Positions 24,090 through 38,339 are shown, counted from the stretch's first letter. The stretch is 64,000 bases of DNA from Azolla caroliniana (GCA_043228905.1 JBHGNT010000012.1:13268001-13332000), one strand, 5' to 3'. The notes: generated from the sequence alone by a model not told the origin. A program made the numbers and translations.

Positions 24090-25735
24090 TGTTGTCCGCT
24101 GGAATAGTAACCGACGAACAGAAGCGCAGAAATATTAGAATATAGTAAAAGCATAAGAAACGCATGTAACGGTTCACGTGGGAAGTGTGAACGGCTAAAA
24201 GACCCTAGGTATATAAAGGGCAAAAATCCTCTGTAAGAGGTAGCGTGTAAATTTGATGCATAGAGTGTTATTCTAATAGAATACTATCTTTTCTGATTTC
24301 TGTGCATATTTGTGGTTTTATCTACTATGTTCTTTGTTCTCTGTGGCGAACTGTAATCGTAAAGGTGTAGGTGTAAGTGCGGATACTAAGTGCACTTCCT
24401 AAGGAGTTCGGTTGTAGCCGTCTCCCTTATACACTACTAGGATACAAGGAAGTATCCCATTACGTATTACAGTGTGACGGTACCATTCCTTGCAACACAG
24501 TCACCTTGAGGTCTAGGTCGAAGGACTGATCATAGACAGTGTTCCTAATCGGTAACACGTTTGGCACGCTTGGTGATCTGTGTCTTCTCGCAGACGAACA
24601 ACGACGAATGGATGTTTAGTCATAGACGTCCTAGAGAACCAGCACGACACGACCGACCAGTCACAAGGTCCATCACACGCCAGGCAGAGGAATGCGCAAG
24701 GCAAAAACCTCACCTCAGTGACCTTAGTGATATCTGTCGAGACCACAAAATCGCCTTCCCGCTCACCAAATACCCCGGCAACACACAGGAAGTTTCGTCA
24801 CCACACAAGTACGGTGGTCTTCCCTTTCCCGTCGTAGCGTCCAGCATGGCCTTCTCCTATCCCCGCTTCAACGGTGAAACAGACGTCGTAACCCACATTC
24901 GCTTGTTCTTGAATGTCTGGAATGCGAATCACATGGCAAAGAGACTTCCAGAAGAGGTAGCGCATCAGTCCAAAATGACAGAGTTTGGATTAACGTTGGA
25001 TGGTAGAGTTGCGTTTTGGCATTCGCAGATGGATCTGCCAGCAATCACGACCTTCGACTAGCTGCAGTCAGCCTTTCTACGGTTCTTTCATCGCAAGGTG
25101 CCGCAACGCGAAATCCTCGGGCAGTTCTATACAATCAAACGGTTGCCAGTCGAGACTGTCAAGGACTTCAGTTTACGCTTCCAAAATTTGCGCCGGAAAT
25201 TAGAATGGGGCCCGACATAGGACGAGGCTCAGGAGACATTTCTGCCAGCCTTACGACGACCGATACAGATGACGCTCAACAATAATAGCGTGAAAGGAGA
25301 AACAACTGATATGTTCATAGAACGAGCGTTGCAACTCGAGCTGGACGAAGAAGAGGAAAGGTTTTCTATTGCCTCATTACGACAAGTGTTACCTCAGGAC
25401 GAGGAACAACATTTTCGCCAAGCAATCTAGTGTACGATTTGCCTCAATTCTGGACATTCCGCAATGGAATGCAACATGCGAATCCACTGCCCAATCTGTC
25501 ACTCGAAAGCACACATGATCGAGCAGTGTGAGTACAATATGTTGAACAGACCCACGCCCATAGTACGAAGCATAGAAACACAACGACCACCTCGCCGTAG
25601 TGATCAAAGGCGCCAAGAAGAACAACCCCGGTATACGGATCGGAATCCACACGATGACCGGCACTACCGGAATCGCCAGAATAACAACGATTCCGAGGAA
25701 AAAGAACTGGAGGACGAAGACTACCAGGGCAACTG

Positions 25736-27256
25736 CAAATATAATAAAGGAGGACGACGTTACGAAAACTACCATTGTCGTGAAAATCCGTCACTATGTG
25801 CGGATCGAGAGGCGGAACCGCCGGGGTTCTGGACTAGAAGGATTTAGTGCAACACGTACAACACAAGGAAAATTCACATATAAGACGAGTAGATGAGAGA
25901 AAACCTTCGTTTATAGCATAAGAAAATAGATTCTTTTATAATTCAAGAATCTTGTTACAGTGGGTTGGAGATGAAAATGAGAGATAATTTTTTTAAAGAA
26001 AGGAGCCAACAACCATATAAGGAGTGGTCCAATATGAATATGAGAGATTATTCTTGAAAGGAAGGAGCCAACAACCATGTAAGGAGTGGTCTGATATCAA
26101 TATGAGAGAGATTTCCTCCCCAAGGAATGGGAAAGAGAAGAAGAAAAAAAAAACACTAGAGGGAAAAAATGGGACATATATTGAGCTCTTTTCTTATCCC
26201 CCCTTCGCAATGTTACTTTGCCTCCACTTTTAGTTGCATGGCCTCCATTTTTAGTTGCATGCCTTTTACTTTTAGTTGCATGCGATCGTCCGTATAATTC
26301 AACCAAATGACGCAATCATCCATAAAGTTTAGCTCATGCGCAATCCGTACGTGCGTCGTAACCAAACCGTAGACGTGTCCGCGCACAAAAGTCCTAACAG
26401 CGCAATGTACGCATCCACGCACGCGCGCGTCCCGATCGCGCCGTGTACGCCGCATCCGCACACACGCGCGTCTCGACCACGCCATGTACGCATCCGCGCG
26501 CTCGTCCACACACACGTCCGTCCGAAACGTCCACGCAACCGTGTATGCATCCGCGCACTCGTCCACACATGCATCCGTCTGAAACGTCCACGTGTATGCC
26601 TGGAACTTGCACACGCACGTACATCCGAAAACGTCCACGCGGCCGTGCACATGCGCATACGCCTGAAGCATCCGCGCGCTCGTCCACACACACGTCCGTC
26701 CGAAACGTCCACGCAACCGTGTATGCATCCGCGCGCTCGTCCATACATGCATCCATCAAAAACATCCACGTGTATGCCCGGAACTTGCACACGCACGTAC
26801 GTCCGAAAACGTCCACGCAGTCGTGCACATGCGCATACGCCTGAAGCGTCCACACTACACAATGTAGCCCAAGTCACCTTAAACATTCTGTGTTGCACAC
26901 ATTGATAGAATGAATATGTACGCCTAAAGTCCACACTACACAATGTAGCCCAAGTCACCTTAAACATTCTGTGTTGCACACATTGATAGAATGAATATGT
27001 TTTGGTTTCCCTTATATATCATGAGTTCCAATGTTGTCCTATCTATGTGGGATATCTCACAGTTTTGTCTTTTCTTTCTTTTCTTTTTTCTTCAAACTTC
27101 ACACTCACATAATTTGATACTTGTTTATCCGTTTCATGCATAGTAAAATACGTTATGAAGCTCTTGAAGACATCTATCTTTCAATATGAATACATTAAGC
27201 TAATCTTAAATAATTATTTTACTATTTTTTATATTGTGTGTGAAAAACCACACAAC
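25736..27256. mobile_element. Unclassified ~1.5-kb non-coding insertion in G2 gag
   Basis: G2 gag rejoins as GGCAACTG|TCCGGCG when it is removed; ACTG on both sides; hairpin TTGTGTG-8nt-CACACAA at the right end. Confidence 0.65.
26390..27000. repeat. GC-rich minisatellite plus a ~72-bp direct duplication
   Basis: Recurrent GCATCCGCGCGCTCGTCCACAC and CCGAAACGTCCACG units; 26848-26919 is repeated at 26929-27000. Confidence 0.9.
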
Positions 27257-29310
27257 ACTGTCCGGCGAACAAACATGGTGGCTTCAATGGGTCTCGTGGG
27301 AAACATCGACAGTATAGGGACCAACAACGTTACGACGAAAGTTCAGACGATGATCGGCACCAGGAGCCACGTCAGGACCAACAACAACCAGCGCGGACTT
27401 TCAGAAGAATGAACCAAGACCAGGAAGAGCAAGTCACACCTGGGGAGAGGAACATGCCACCAGCTATCGAGAAAGGCGAATCCAGCGTCCATTGTTTCGT
27501 TTGCCAACAACCCGGACATTATGCCACTCAATGTCCACTCCGCAAGGGCAAGGGCAAGGGCCCCGCTGTCAATACGATTATGGCGGACATTCAGCAAGTT
27601 ACGACAAGACAGCAAACGAAAAATGTTGATTGGGTCGCGCAAGATGCGATACGTCAGACGGCCCAAGCATGGGTCAAAAAAGCAAACGCGGCCAATACGG
27701 AACGCATGGGGCAGGAGTCCGCAAACAATGTTGGGCCATTGGAGGAAGACGTAATATCTTCGGATCCCATATGGCAAGCACTGGCAGGCTACGAAATAAC
27801 ACTGACCGTGGAGAAGCTACTTCAACTAGTTCCACAGTTCCGCCAAGCCATAGAGGATCACATAACGGGCAGACCTCGTCTCCGCCAACTTTACGAACAC
27901 CATCGCCAGACCAACGGTGGTGGATCACCACAATCCAGCTATTAAGTTGGTATTACACGGTCAGGAAATCACAGGATGCGTAATCGATTGAGGCTCTAGT
28001 GTCAATGTAATTAGCGCGAAGACATGCGAACAATTGGGAATTTCAGAATGCTTGCCCGTTTTGGCTTCGCATGGCGGATACCCGCTCAGTAAGGCCTTTG
28101 GGCTTAATTCGAAAATTAGGCATCATCATCGGCGGACATCGCTTCGACATCTCGGCGGTAGTCCTTGCCCTCGACGCCCTAGGAGCGTATCTTATGCTGC
28201 TTGGCAGACCTTGGCTTTGTTCGGCGAATATCAAACAGAGCTGGCAACATAAGTGCATCAATTTTCGACGTGGACGCACCAAGGTTCCCGTACCCACAGA
28301 GGAAATGGTGGCACAAACCAAGGGGATAACACCATTATACGCAGAAGATATAAATATGTTGGATGGGGTGGATGATACTGAATTAGAAGCATACCTTGAC
28401 GAGCACCCCCGAATCATTCTGCTATTCGAAATCGACGTAATAGAAACCGCAGCGGATTATGCCACGCCTACTGCGCTTCACGACGAGGCTTATGAACCAG
28501 ACCTAGAGTCAATATTAGAATTAAGCAGAGCACGGGCAGCGTTTGAGAGGGAAATGGAAATTTCATGACGAGTCGCTGCCTCAACCCTAGAAGAAGTGAA
28601 CGTAGGTACCGCGTCAGATCCCTGATTCCTCTCCATCGCAAAAGAGTTACTACCGGATTAGAGAGAGGCGATGATAGCACTGCTTAGGAAGTATAAAGAT
28701 GTGTTCGCTTGGTCCCACGAGGACATGAAGGGATTAGATCCGAAGTTCTATCAACATAAGATCAATTTAGCGACCGATGCGAAACCAGTCCAGCAGCGTC
28801 GATACCGCATGAATCCAAATTACGCGGCTTGCGTAAAAGAGGAAATTGACAAACTTCTCAAGACCGGATTCATTCGACCAGTCAAGAAAGCTACATGGCT
28901 AAGCCTGATAGTAGTCATACGAAAGAAAAATGGCAAACTACATGCGTGCGTGGACTACCGGAAGTTGAACGTTGTAACCATTACAGACGCATTCCCTTTA
29001 CCTTTCACCGACAGCGTACTGGATGCAGTCGCAGGGCATGACATGTATAGCTTTCTGATTGGCTTCAGTGGGTACAATCAAGTACGCATGCACCCCGACG
29101 ACCAAGAGAAGACGGTGTTTGTCACGGACTGGGGAGTCTATGTTGAAGTCGTCATGATGTTCGGGCTAAAGACGGCGCCGGCTAAATTTTAGCGGACAAT
29201 CACAGAGATTTTTGGGGAATATATATCTGCCTTCATGCAGGTCTTTTTAGATGATTTTGCGGTATATGGGACAACAGCTGAAGATTTTACGCATCTACAG
29301 CTTTGCCTCT

Positions 29311-29796
29311 GTCCTTTGGCAAACAAGGCGGTGCCGACGTCGTTTGTGTCGAGGATGAACATCCTCCCATCTCTACGCCCTTGTGCAATAATTTGGCCCT
29401 CTTCCTCGATGAAGCACCCGAGGTGCGTAAACCGCACATGCATCCCCTGGTCGACGATTTGTTTGACCGACACCAGGTTCTTTGTGATTGTCGGAACGTG
29501 TAATACATTCATCGGCTTCCCCCTTTGTCCGACATGGCTCAAAGGGACTTCACCAACATGCACAATCGGGTGAGGAGTGTCGTCGCCGGTTTTAACAACT
29601 CCCGGTTGATCCGATTTCTCCAGAAAAGAGAACCACTCTTCGTGGCTCGTCATGTGGTTCGACGCACCGGAATCAACGTACCATACTTCCTCTTATTTGA
29701 AAGTAGTCTTCTTCATCGGGTTTGCCTTGTGTCTCATCACGAAGGCTGGCCCCTTTCCGGTTTTCCTGGTTCCGGATCCCTCCAATCCTTCCGCGT
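29311..29796 (-). pseudogene. C2 protease region
   Basis: WYVDSGASNHMTSHEEWF...NVLHVPTITKNLVSV on - strand. Confidence 0.85.
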
Positions 29797-32700
29797 ACCC
29801 ACCACAAGAGCAAAGTCTCGATGTAGTCAAAAAGATTCAATGAGGGTAGCTAGGCCTCTTATTTATAGCGATACCCAAGGCCCCCATGCAAGTTCACACT
29901 TGACCTAATGGGTTGTCTCAATCCCGAGGATTAAAAGTAATCCTCCCCTTCTTTACACTCTCGTTTAACCCTCACACTTATCCACGTGTATAGAATACTA
30001 TGGACCCCGGGGCAATGGGTACGAATTCTTGATCGTCATTTTATTCAAGCGTCGGTAATTAATACACATACGCCATGTGCCCTCTTTCTTTTTAACCAAG
30101 AGAACTGGTGCACCCCATGGAGATTTACTATAACGTATATAACCCATTCGTAAATAGTCCTTGAGTTGCTTAGATACCTCATCTTTTTCGGATCGACTTA
30201 AGCGATACGGAGGTATACTTATTGGTGCAACACCAGGTACAATATCTATACGATGGTCTATATTACGTTTAGGAGGTAACCCATCAGGTAGTTCACTTGG
30301 AAAAACATCATGAAAATCATTTAAGATTTCATCAAGTTGTTGTTGTTCAAAATATGTTAATTGAACCAGGACATTATCGATATTGTAAACGTGAATGTCC
30401 GGATCAAGTACACAATAAAATAACGTAGAACAAGACAACTCGGATATTGATGGACACGAGGAAACAATCGAGAGGGATTGTTTTTTTACACATTGAATAA
30501 ATTGCGTACAATCGTTCAGTACAAAAGAAATGGAATGGCGAACCCAATCAATAAATAAAGAAGATTTTTTATTATGAAACCAGGGATAACCCAGTATTAC
30601 ATCAGTAGTACAAAGATTCATTACATGGAAGTCTACTTCCTCTATATAAGTATCAATAGAAATTCCTAATGAATGAATCGCCCCGTTGATGTATTGTACT
30701 CTTCCATCAGCCAAGTGCACCGTGTAGGTGTGATCACTTACAGTGGGTTGGATTCCCCATATCTGAACCAAACGATCATTCACAAAATTGTGTGAGCTTC
30801 CCGAATCAAATAAAAATTGTACGGGAAATCCATTGATATACCCGTTTGCACGTAGTAAGTCATTGGGACCCAATACATAGTGAGGGAAAGAACATTGAAA
30901 ATTACTTAAATGATGTGTATAGACCTGAAGGACATTAGGAATCTGACCTTTATGGTCTGCAGCTTTAGCTTTGTTGTCGTGCTCTTTCCATTGGAGCTTT
31001 CGACATTGATCTTTTGTATGACCCTTCTTTTTGCAGAATACACAAAAAGGATGTTGTCGCTTACAATCGCGATCCAGGAATTCGTTGGGTGTCTTGCGTT
31101 TCCCAACAAATTGCGACTGGTTAGTCCCAGGCGCTTCGGTGGGTTTGTTATGGTCCTTCTTCGAAGTGCATTGATAGCGAAGAACTATTTCAACGGCCTC
31201 TTCGAAGGATTTTGGATCCTTATCATGCACTATCCAGTGATAGTCCGAATTGGGGATGCCATTGACAAAACAAGCTATCAACCAATTGTCCCCTTCTAGA
31301 CCCGATTTTTGGATTTGGGTTCTAGCATGGTGAACATAGTCTTCTAGAGAGAGAGGTTCATTAAAGCTTGTGCTGCCTCTATTCGAGAGGGAGGTTGTAG
31401 AAATTGGCCCTTAAAAACCGTGACAAAATCTGTCCAGGTATCGGGCAATTTCCCCATAGTACGGAGCCCGCGCCACCAGGCGGCGGCCTTACCCCCGAGT
31501 TCTCGGCCGACATATGCAATCTTCGTACTATCTGGCGTGGGATAGAACTCAAAATGAGACTCCCATCGTCCCAGCCATGTGCAGATTGCTTCTTCGGTTC
31601 TTTCCTTTTTGTCTCCCGTAAATGGCTTAACGACAAATGATGGTTCACCTTGTCGCTCATCAGGTCTATTAGTCTCATGCTGTAGACTAATGACACGTGC
31701 CTCAAGAGCACTCTGAGATTGCCGAAGTTCGGTCATCTGTTGAGCGGTGAAACTAAGGTATTGGGTTATTTGTGCCAAATACATCTCAGTGGACATTTGT
31801 CCAGGAGGATTCCCTTGAGTTCCTTCCGCTTGAGCGGATGACATCGGGTCGTTAATTTGAGCCATTAAAGATTATTTCTTGAAAAGAAATAGGATAAGGT
31901 CAGAGAGATAGTCATAACATCATGTCGTGATGTAAACATATCATGGGCAAACATTAATCGATATCATGATCTCACGTCAATACCCCTCTAGACGTATGAG
32001 ATGAGGTTCAAGATCAGGTTACTATGGTAACACAAAGGTGTTTTTAAAACCATGGGGGTGACAAATAAATGTCTTTCCCTTATCTCTATATCGATTTTTT
32101 CATGGTGGCTCCCCGAGGCTCAACCATGTATGTTCGCGTCATGAATAGTTTATACACGAAAAAAATGTTAACAATAAACTATGTTTCGGTGCCCACATAT
32201 GTGGTTTCGACTCTTTAAGTCCTATTACGAGGACCCCGAGGTGCACTTAGACCTTAAGTCTAAACATGTGTTATAGTCATATGTATCAAGGATGTTGTAT
32301 GGTCTTGGTCATATTTGAACTCGAGACCTAGAGAACAAATACATTAAACACTTGAGCCAACCAAGTAAGTTGCTCTTCTCGAATGCTTAATGTTTGATGC
32401 GTATAAGAGATATGCGAGGCAATTGATCATATATGTTTTTTTTTAAAAGAACATATATGTCAAGGGTCCTTATTAAGCCCTCATTTACCAAAACTATGTT
32501 GGTACGTTACCTAACCTCAAGTCTCGTAATTACGATGGCATACGCCAAAGTGCAACCTAATGGTGAAGCCAAATGAGCCCTCGTTTCGTAGTAGGCTCAC
32601 GTGGGCCATCACATGGTCACGTCATTACGAATGCCTCTCGTAAGAATGAGCTCATGGTGGCATCGTATCCATGTAACGAGGGAGGGATGTTGGATACGTG

Positions 32701-34011
32701 CGTCATTGGAGCGACCTCACTTGAAGTGGGTCAAGCCCTACGTACTCAACATCATTATGGCTATTGGCGTTTCTTTACGTAACGAAATCGAGGTCATCAA
32801 CGGGGTTATCAACAATAAAAAATTGTTGAAAAAGGGATGGTGACAACGCCATTCTCACAAAAATGTGAGGACGGCCACCAACATCCTTTTCCCGACCATG
32901 ACAACTTTCGACATAATCACGTAATAACGAATATACACATATGTTTACTTTTCACATATATACGATCAAATACGTATATATGTGACCACATATGCCTATA
33001 TTAAACATATCTTTATATTAAATAGCCACAAATGATGTGATCGAGATACGTAATCGAGGTATACACCTCTACGCACACGAAACATCCACAAATAAGAGAT
33101 CATCGTAATACGCAATTGAGGTATTGACCTCTTACGCATACGAGACCAACCGCATATCGTTTACAACAAATCAAGGTATTAAACTCATACGCAAACGTAA
33201 CATATGTTCGTGAAAGTAATACGTAATTGAGGTATTAACCTCGTACGCATACGACACTCATCACATATTATTAATATGTCAAACGAGGTATTGACCTCGT
33301 GCACATATGTAAACGTTTTAGATAATCAATTAAAGACCACTACAACATCATTGATTTAATGAAAAAAAATGACATATAAACTAAACACATGATTAGATGG
33401 GAGAAGAGAGAATAGAAAAACATTTCTGGAAAGAGTTACCGAAGTTCTTTGTTGATCGCTGTCTGGATCAAGGCCGACCGCACATCAATCGATCACCATC
33501 AATCAAACGACAAATGAAAAACAAATAAACATTAGTACATAAATCTGATACCAAATATTAGAGATCTAAGTACTAAAGTAAGCTTAAGATAAGGATAAAG
33601 TAATGATAAATAGAAAGGAGAAAGAGAAAGAAGGGTGTCGATCCACCCGACCACCCCCGAGCGAAGGGATCAAGACGGACTCGAGCCTCGATCGGCGTCC
33701 CATACCACCGTCGTGGCGTCGAGTGGTACCTGGTGCTGGCGCGCTCGCTACAAGAGTTGACCCACCACAAGAGCAGAGTCTCGATGTAGTCAAAAAGATG
33801 ATCCAATGAGGGTAGCTAGGCCTCTTATTTATAGCGATACCCAAGGCCCCCAGGCAAGTTCACACTTGACCTAATGGGTTGTCTCAATCCCGAGGATTAA
33901 AAGTAATCCGCCCCTTCTTTACACTCTCGTTTAACCCTCACACTTATCCACGTGTATAGAATACTACGGTAAATTCTCACCACGGGATATTAAATGGTCA
34001 TGCCCGTAACA
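29797..34011 (-). mobile_element. G1 copy D nested in C2 gag; most of pol and both ends of the 3' LTR are deleted
   Basis: 5' LTR 33556-34011, PBS ~33545-33553, leader, gag 31865->, PR and RT start to ~30006, LTR remnant 29797-30000; flanks CGCGT (29792-29796) and CGCAT (34012-34016) look like a decayed TSD. Confidence 0.88.
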
Positions 34012-35459
34012 CGCATAGTGCGAGCTTTGTCGGTTTTGCTGGATCTGGATTTGTCCGAATCGGTTGCTTCTTCGAGCACTCGCTTTCCCTGTGGCCCTTT
34101 TTGCCACAATACCAACATTCTGTTTCAGCTTTTCCTTGCCGGTTTCTGACGTTGCTTTGGCTCCCCCTGCTTGTGGAGGGTATGGAACTGTTGTGGCACT
34201 ACATCTGTGCCTTCGGTCTTGCTCTTGTAGCCGCCTCCATTGCGTGCCGACCGACCACGTCCATGGGGCCGATCTATCTCCGTGTACAACATCCGGCCAT
34301 CCGATTGAGTGGTCCTCGACCCACTCGCGTGGTTTTCTTCGATCATCAGCATCGATTGCAAGTCGAAGAAAGTCGGTGACTTCTCCCGGGTGCAGATTGC
34401 TATCCGGATTGGCCCGTACCTTTGCGCTAGACCACCGAGGCAGATTTGTACCATCTCATCTTCGTCCACCGTCACGTTGATGGACCCAAGCACGTCACAA
34501 GTCTCCTTTATCTTGGTGGTGTAGTCTGTAACCGACATGTCTCTTTGTCGGATGTTGTTCAGCTCTTGCCGAAGTTGCAACTTATGGGCTGTGGTACTCG
34601 CGGTGAAAATCTTCCTCAGATTTCCCCAGGCCTCCTTCGGCCTTTTTGCATCCTTTATGTAGCCGAGCATCTGGTCGTGCACACAAGACGCGAGGCAGTA
34701 CAATACTCGGCTCGCTCTTTGTTCCCATACCGAGAAGTCCTCGTGTGCCGGCTCCGGCGCTACCTCGTTCGTTCCTTCCACGAAGCTCCAATATCCATGC
34801 CCCAGCAGATACTGGTGCATCTTATATGACCAGGACGCGTAGTTGCTCCAATCGAGCTACTCTGTTGGAAGTGAACTCGCCATTCCTCTGTCCATATCCT
34901 CTCTCTGTCTGTTGTTACCAAGTTCTAGGGTTCGTCTACGAAAGCAAGTGTCGGCTGCAAAGGTTCTCAACCCTCTCACTCTGATACCATGTGAATGTTA
35001 ACGTGCGGAAGCTTTAGACAAAACCGGCTCAGCCAGATAACAACAGTGAATAACATGAAGGTTTAATGGAGAAGCTTAATACACAGAGAGTATACGCGGG
35101 AGAGACGGAGAGAGCAGAACGTAAATGTAGATTCAAAATAATAAAAACACTCAGTACATACAATGTGCTATAACAACACTATTTATACAAGTCCATAAAA
35201 AAGGAATGACAAAAGTACTGGGTACTTCGATATTCCTACGTGTGACTTACACTAACTACGAGACAATACTTACCTAGTAGTCTAGGCTACTACTAGGCTT
35301 CCAGTTCCCGCTCAAATTCGGCTCTCTGATCCGTCTCCCCGATCCGGCCGGTTGTTTCTGGATACCATTTGGATACCGATCCAGCTCATCCTTCCGGATG
35401 TCGATCCGGCTCAGGCTTATTCAGCCAATCCGGATCCGGTTGAGCTTGCTCGCTCAACA
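34012..35459 (-). mobile_element. C2 5' part: LTR 34990-35459, PBS and gag
   Basis: TG...CA LTR; TGGTATCAGAG PBS ending at 34989; ORF 34125..34820 is UBN2-type gag; inserted in G1 integrase (flank CTTCC). Confidence 0.88.
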
Positions 35460-36959
35460 CTTCCTCGCACCCAAAAAGGTCAAGATGCCATATGGGTTGT
35501 GGTTGATAGACTAACTAAAATGGTCAGATTTATTGCTATTAAAACCACGGTAACAGCTCCCAAACTGCCTTACCTATTTGTTGACGAGTTATTTCGTTTT
35601 TATGGGTTACCGATGGATAACGTGAGTGATCGAGATCCAAAGTTTACTAGTGACTTCTGGACACAAGTATTTAAGAAGTTAGAAACTACATTGAGCATGA
35701 GCTCCATGGATCATCCTCGATCCGATGGACAGACAGAACGAGTAAATCAAATTATTGAGGACATGCTTCGAGCATACATTGGTGCAAAACCAACAAAATG
35801 GGAACGTTATCTCCCAAATTTGGAGTTTGCTTATAACATCTTCAAGCATACGTCGATAGGATATAGTCCTTTTATGTTGATGTATGGTTTTCAGCTACGA
35901 GCTCTGATTGATGTTAATATACATCATGATGAGTTGCGAAGTATGCAAAAAATTCTTCGGGATATATATGTTGCATATTGCACGAGATAATATAAAAACA
36001 ACTCAAGATAGAGCGCGTTTTTACGCCGATCATAATAGGCAACCTCGTGTATTCAACCCTAGACAGAAGGTATTTTTACCTGTACCTCACCATTCTAAGA
36101 CATTATCTACGAGTAAGTGCGCTAAGTTAGCCCCACGGTTTTGTGGACCTTTTCAAGTCCTCAAACGCATTGGTTCATCAACCTATCGTCTCACTCTTTC
36201 CGATGGCATTGAAATTCATCCAGTTTTTCATGTAAGTTGTCTAAAAGAACTTCTAGGTTCTGGCGACAAAACAGTTACAATTGAAACTCTGGTTACTTTT
36301 GAACAATTATCTCCTAAACCACATGTACTAGAAAGAATTCTCGATGTTAAAACAAAAAATCTGCGTACTAAAATAAACTGAGAATTTAAAATAAAATGGA
36401 TGGGTAAATCTATCAAAGATGCCACATGGGAACACGAAAATACTCTTAGAACTAACTTCCCTAACTTTCCATTGCAAGAGTGCAATGTTTTAAAGAGGGG
36501 GAGTATGTTACGGGCATGACCATATAATATCCTGTGGTGAGAATTTACCGTAGTATTCTATACACGTGGATATGTGTGAGGGTTAAATGAGAGTGTAAAG
36601 ACAGGGAGGATTACTTTTAATCCTTAGGATTGAGACAACCCATTAGGTCAAGTGTGAACTTGCTTGGGGGCTTTGGGTCTCGCTATAAATATGAGGCGTA
36701 GGTACCCTCATTTCATCATCTCTTGACTATGTTGAGACTATGTTTCGTGACGGGTCAACTCTTGTAGCGAGCGCGCCAACACCAGGTACAACTCGACGCC
36801 ACGACGGTGGTATGGGACGCCGATTGAGGCTCGAGTCCATCTCGATCCCTTCGCTCGGGGGTGGTCGGGTGGATCGACACCCTTCTTTCTCTCTCTCCTT
36901 TCTTATTTCATATATTTTATATCATTATCATATGCTTACATTAGATGATCACTCTAACA
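35460..36959 (+). mobile_element. G1 copy E 3' part: integrase-chromodomain, PPT and 3' LTR (36506-36959)
   Basis: ORFs 35352..35990 and 35908..36381 are frameshifted integrase; LTR ends CTCTAACA. Confidence 0.9.
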
Positions 36960-37260
36960 CCATTAGAGGTCAACGATTCTAGACTACTAGGTAGTTAATG
37001 TTCTTGTAGTTAGTGTCAGGGGCTCAGTACAAGCATTGAAGTACCTATCAGTACTTCGGTTAGGGACTTGTATAAATAATGTTGTTGAGCACATTGTATA
37101 GTGAGAGAGAGTTTTTAGTGTTTGGGAATATACATGTTTTCTATGTTCAGCTCTAACTCTGTCTCTCCCGTGTAAGGTTTCCATTAAATCTGTGTCTGTA
37201 TTCTTTTGCTATCCGGACGATCCGGTTTTGTCTTAGCTTTCGTAATCATATTCTTTTACA
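36960..37260 (+). repeat. 3' half of a diverged C2-related LTR
   Basis: Similar to the reverse complement of 34990-35290 (GACTTGTATAAATA..GCACATTGTA..CCATTAAA..CCGGTTTTGTCT); ends TTTACA. Confidence 0.65.
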
Positions 37261-38339
37261 TATACATTGTTGAAAAATGAATTGTGTCGTACCTCCCTCC
37301 ATTGAGTCTTCTTTCACCCCAATTAGAATCAAACTCTAGGAACTCTTTGGACTTGGTAGCCATCTGTGCAAGCAAGGCAGAATACCATAATTTATGAACT
37401 CCACCACCAGAATAATCGAAATCCAATGTTTTATCCATCCACATTTTACCCAACCCAACATTTTCCTTTCAATCACAAACATGCATACCAGAAATCATTA
37501 CAAAACATGCAATCAAAAGCAGACAGAACCTAGATGTCAACAATCATCCATTGCATGCATCGACAAGAATGTGGACCCTAATGCCACATTTGATGGTTCA
37601 TTTTACCCAACCCAACATTTTCCTTTCACTCACCAACATGCAAGTTTTTCAAAATAATCCAATGCATGCATGATTCACATGCATCCGCAAAAATCTAAAC
37701 CATAATACGCCATCTATGGTTTATTTTACCCAACCAACATTATACCCACATTTTATCCATCCAACATTTTCCGAACACTCACAAAACACTCACAAAATCA
37801 TTAAAAATGTAGCCATAAAAATGTAGAAAACAATAAAATACATACCATGCAAATGTGTAGTGGCGATGCACTTACACATGTGGGTTGGCAAGTGCAGGCA
37901 ATCAAAGTTCTTCCCTCCTAAAACTCAACTGCAACAGACGCGTCAAGCGATTCAAGAAGTGGGGAAAATGTGTAGATATTAGGGTTTTAGTTGACCACAA
38001 TTTAATTTTAAGTCAGGCTACCACTTTGAGTCAGGCTATTATAGTTAGAGAGTCGGGTGAGTGAGATGAGTCAAGTTAGGCTACTGATTTGAGCTAAGAA
38101 ACTGTTAATTTGAAGGGTTGGGTTACTCGGGCCACCAAGAATAAGATTTTATAATGGCACACTTGTTTTATGGATAAGATTTGACGGTGCAGATAACATG
38201 CACCCTCGGAAGTGCGCCCAGCAATGTACGCAATCGCGATTCCTTCTTCGCTAGGAAGGCCGCTTTGTGAATTGGGTGTGTGCAAATAGACACATCGGTC
38301 ACGAGCCTTGCCTTTGATGACCTTCATTTTTTAAAATTT

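Larger units (their letters stand above)
24090..29310 (+). mobile_element. Gypsy family G2 (non-chromovirus, Athila/Tat-like RT), 3'-truncated, nested in C2
   Basis: Putative LTR 24090-24557 (TGTT...AACA) and PBS-like TGGCACGC at 24562; degenerate gag with CCHC motifs (CPICHSKAHMIEQC, CFVCQQPGHYATQC); protease at ~27980; RT GFSGYNQVRM and VFLDDF. Confidence 0.82.

Noticed and set aside
26213-26979. Several overlapping 130-216 aa ORFs on both strands
   Set aside because: Products of a stop-poor GC-rich minisatellite; the translations are repetitive with no domain motifs.
12222-36959. LTRs at 12222 and 36506 as the two ends of one giant nested element
   Set aside because: Flanking 5-mers differ (TGTGT vs CCATT), so there is no TSD support.
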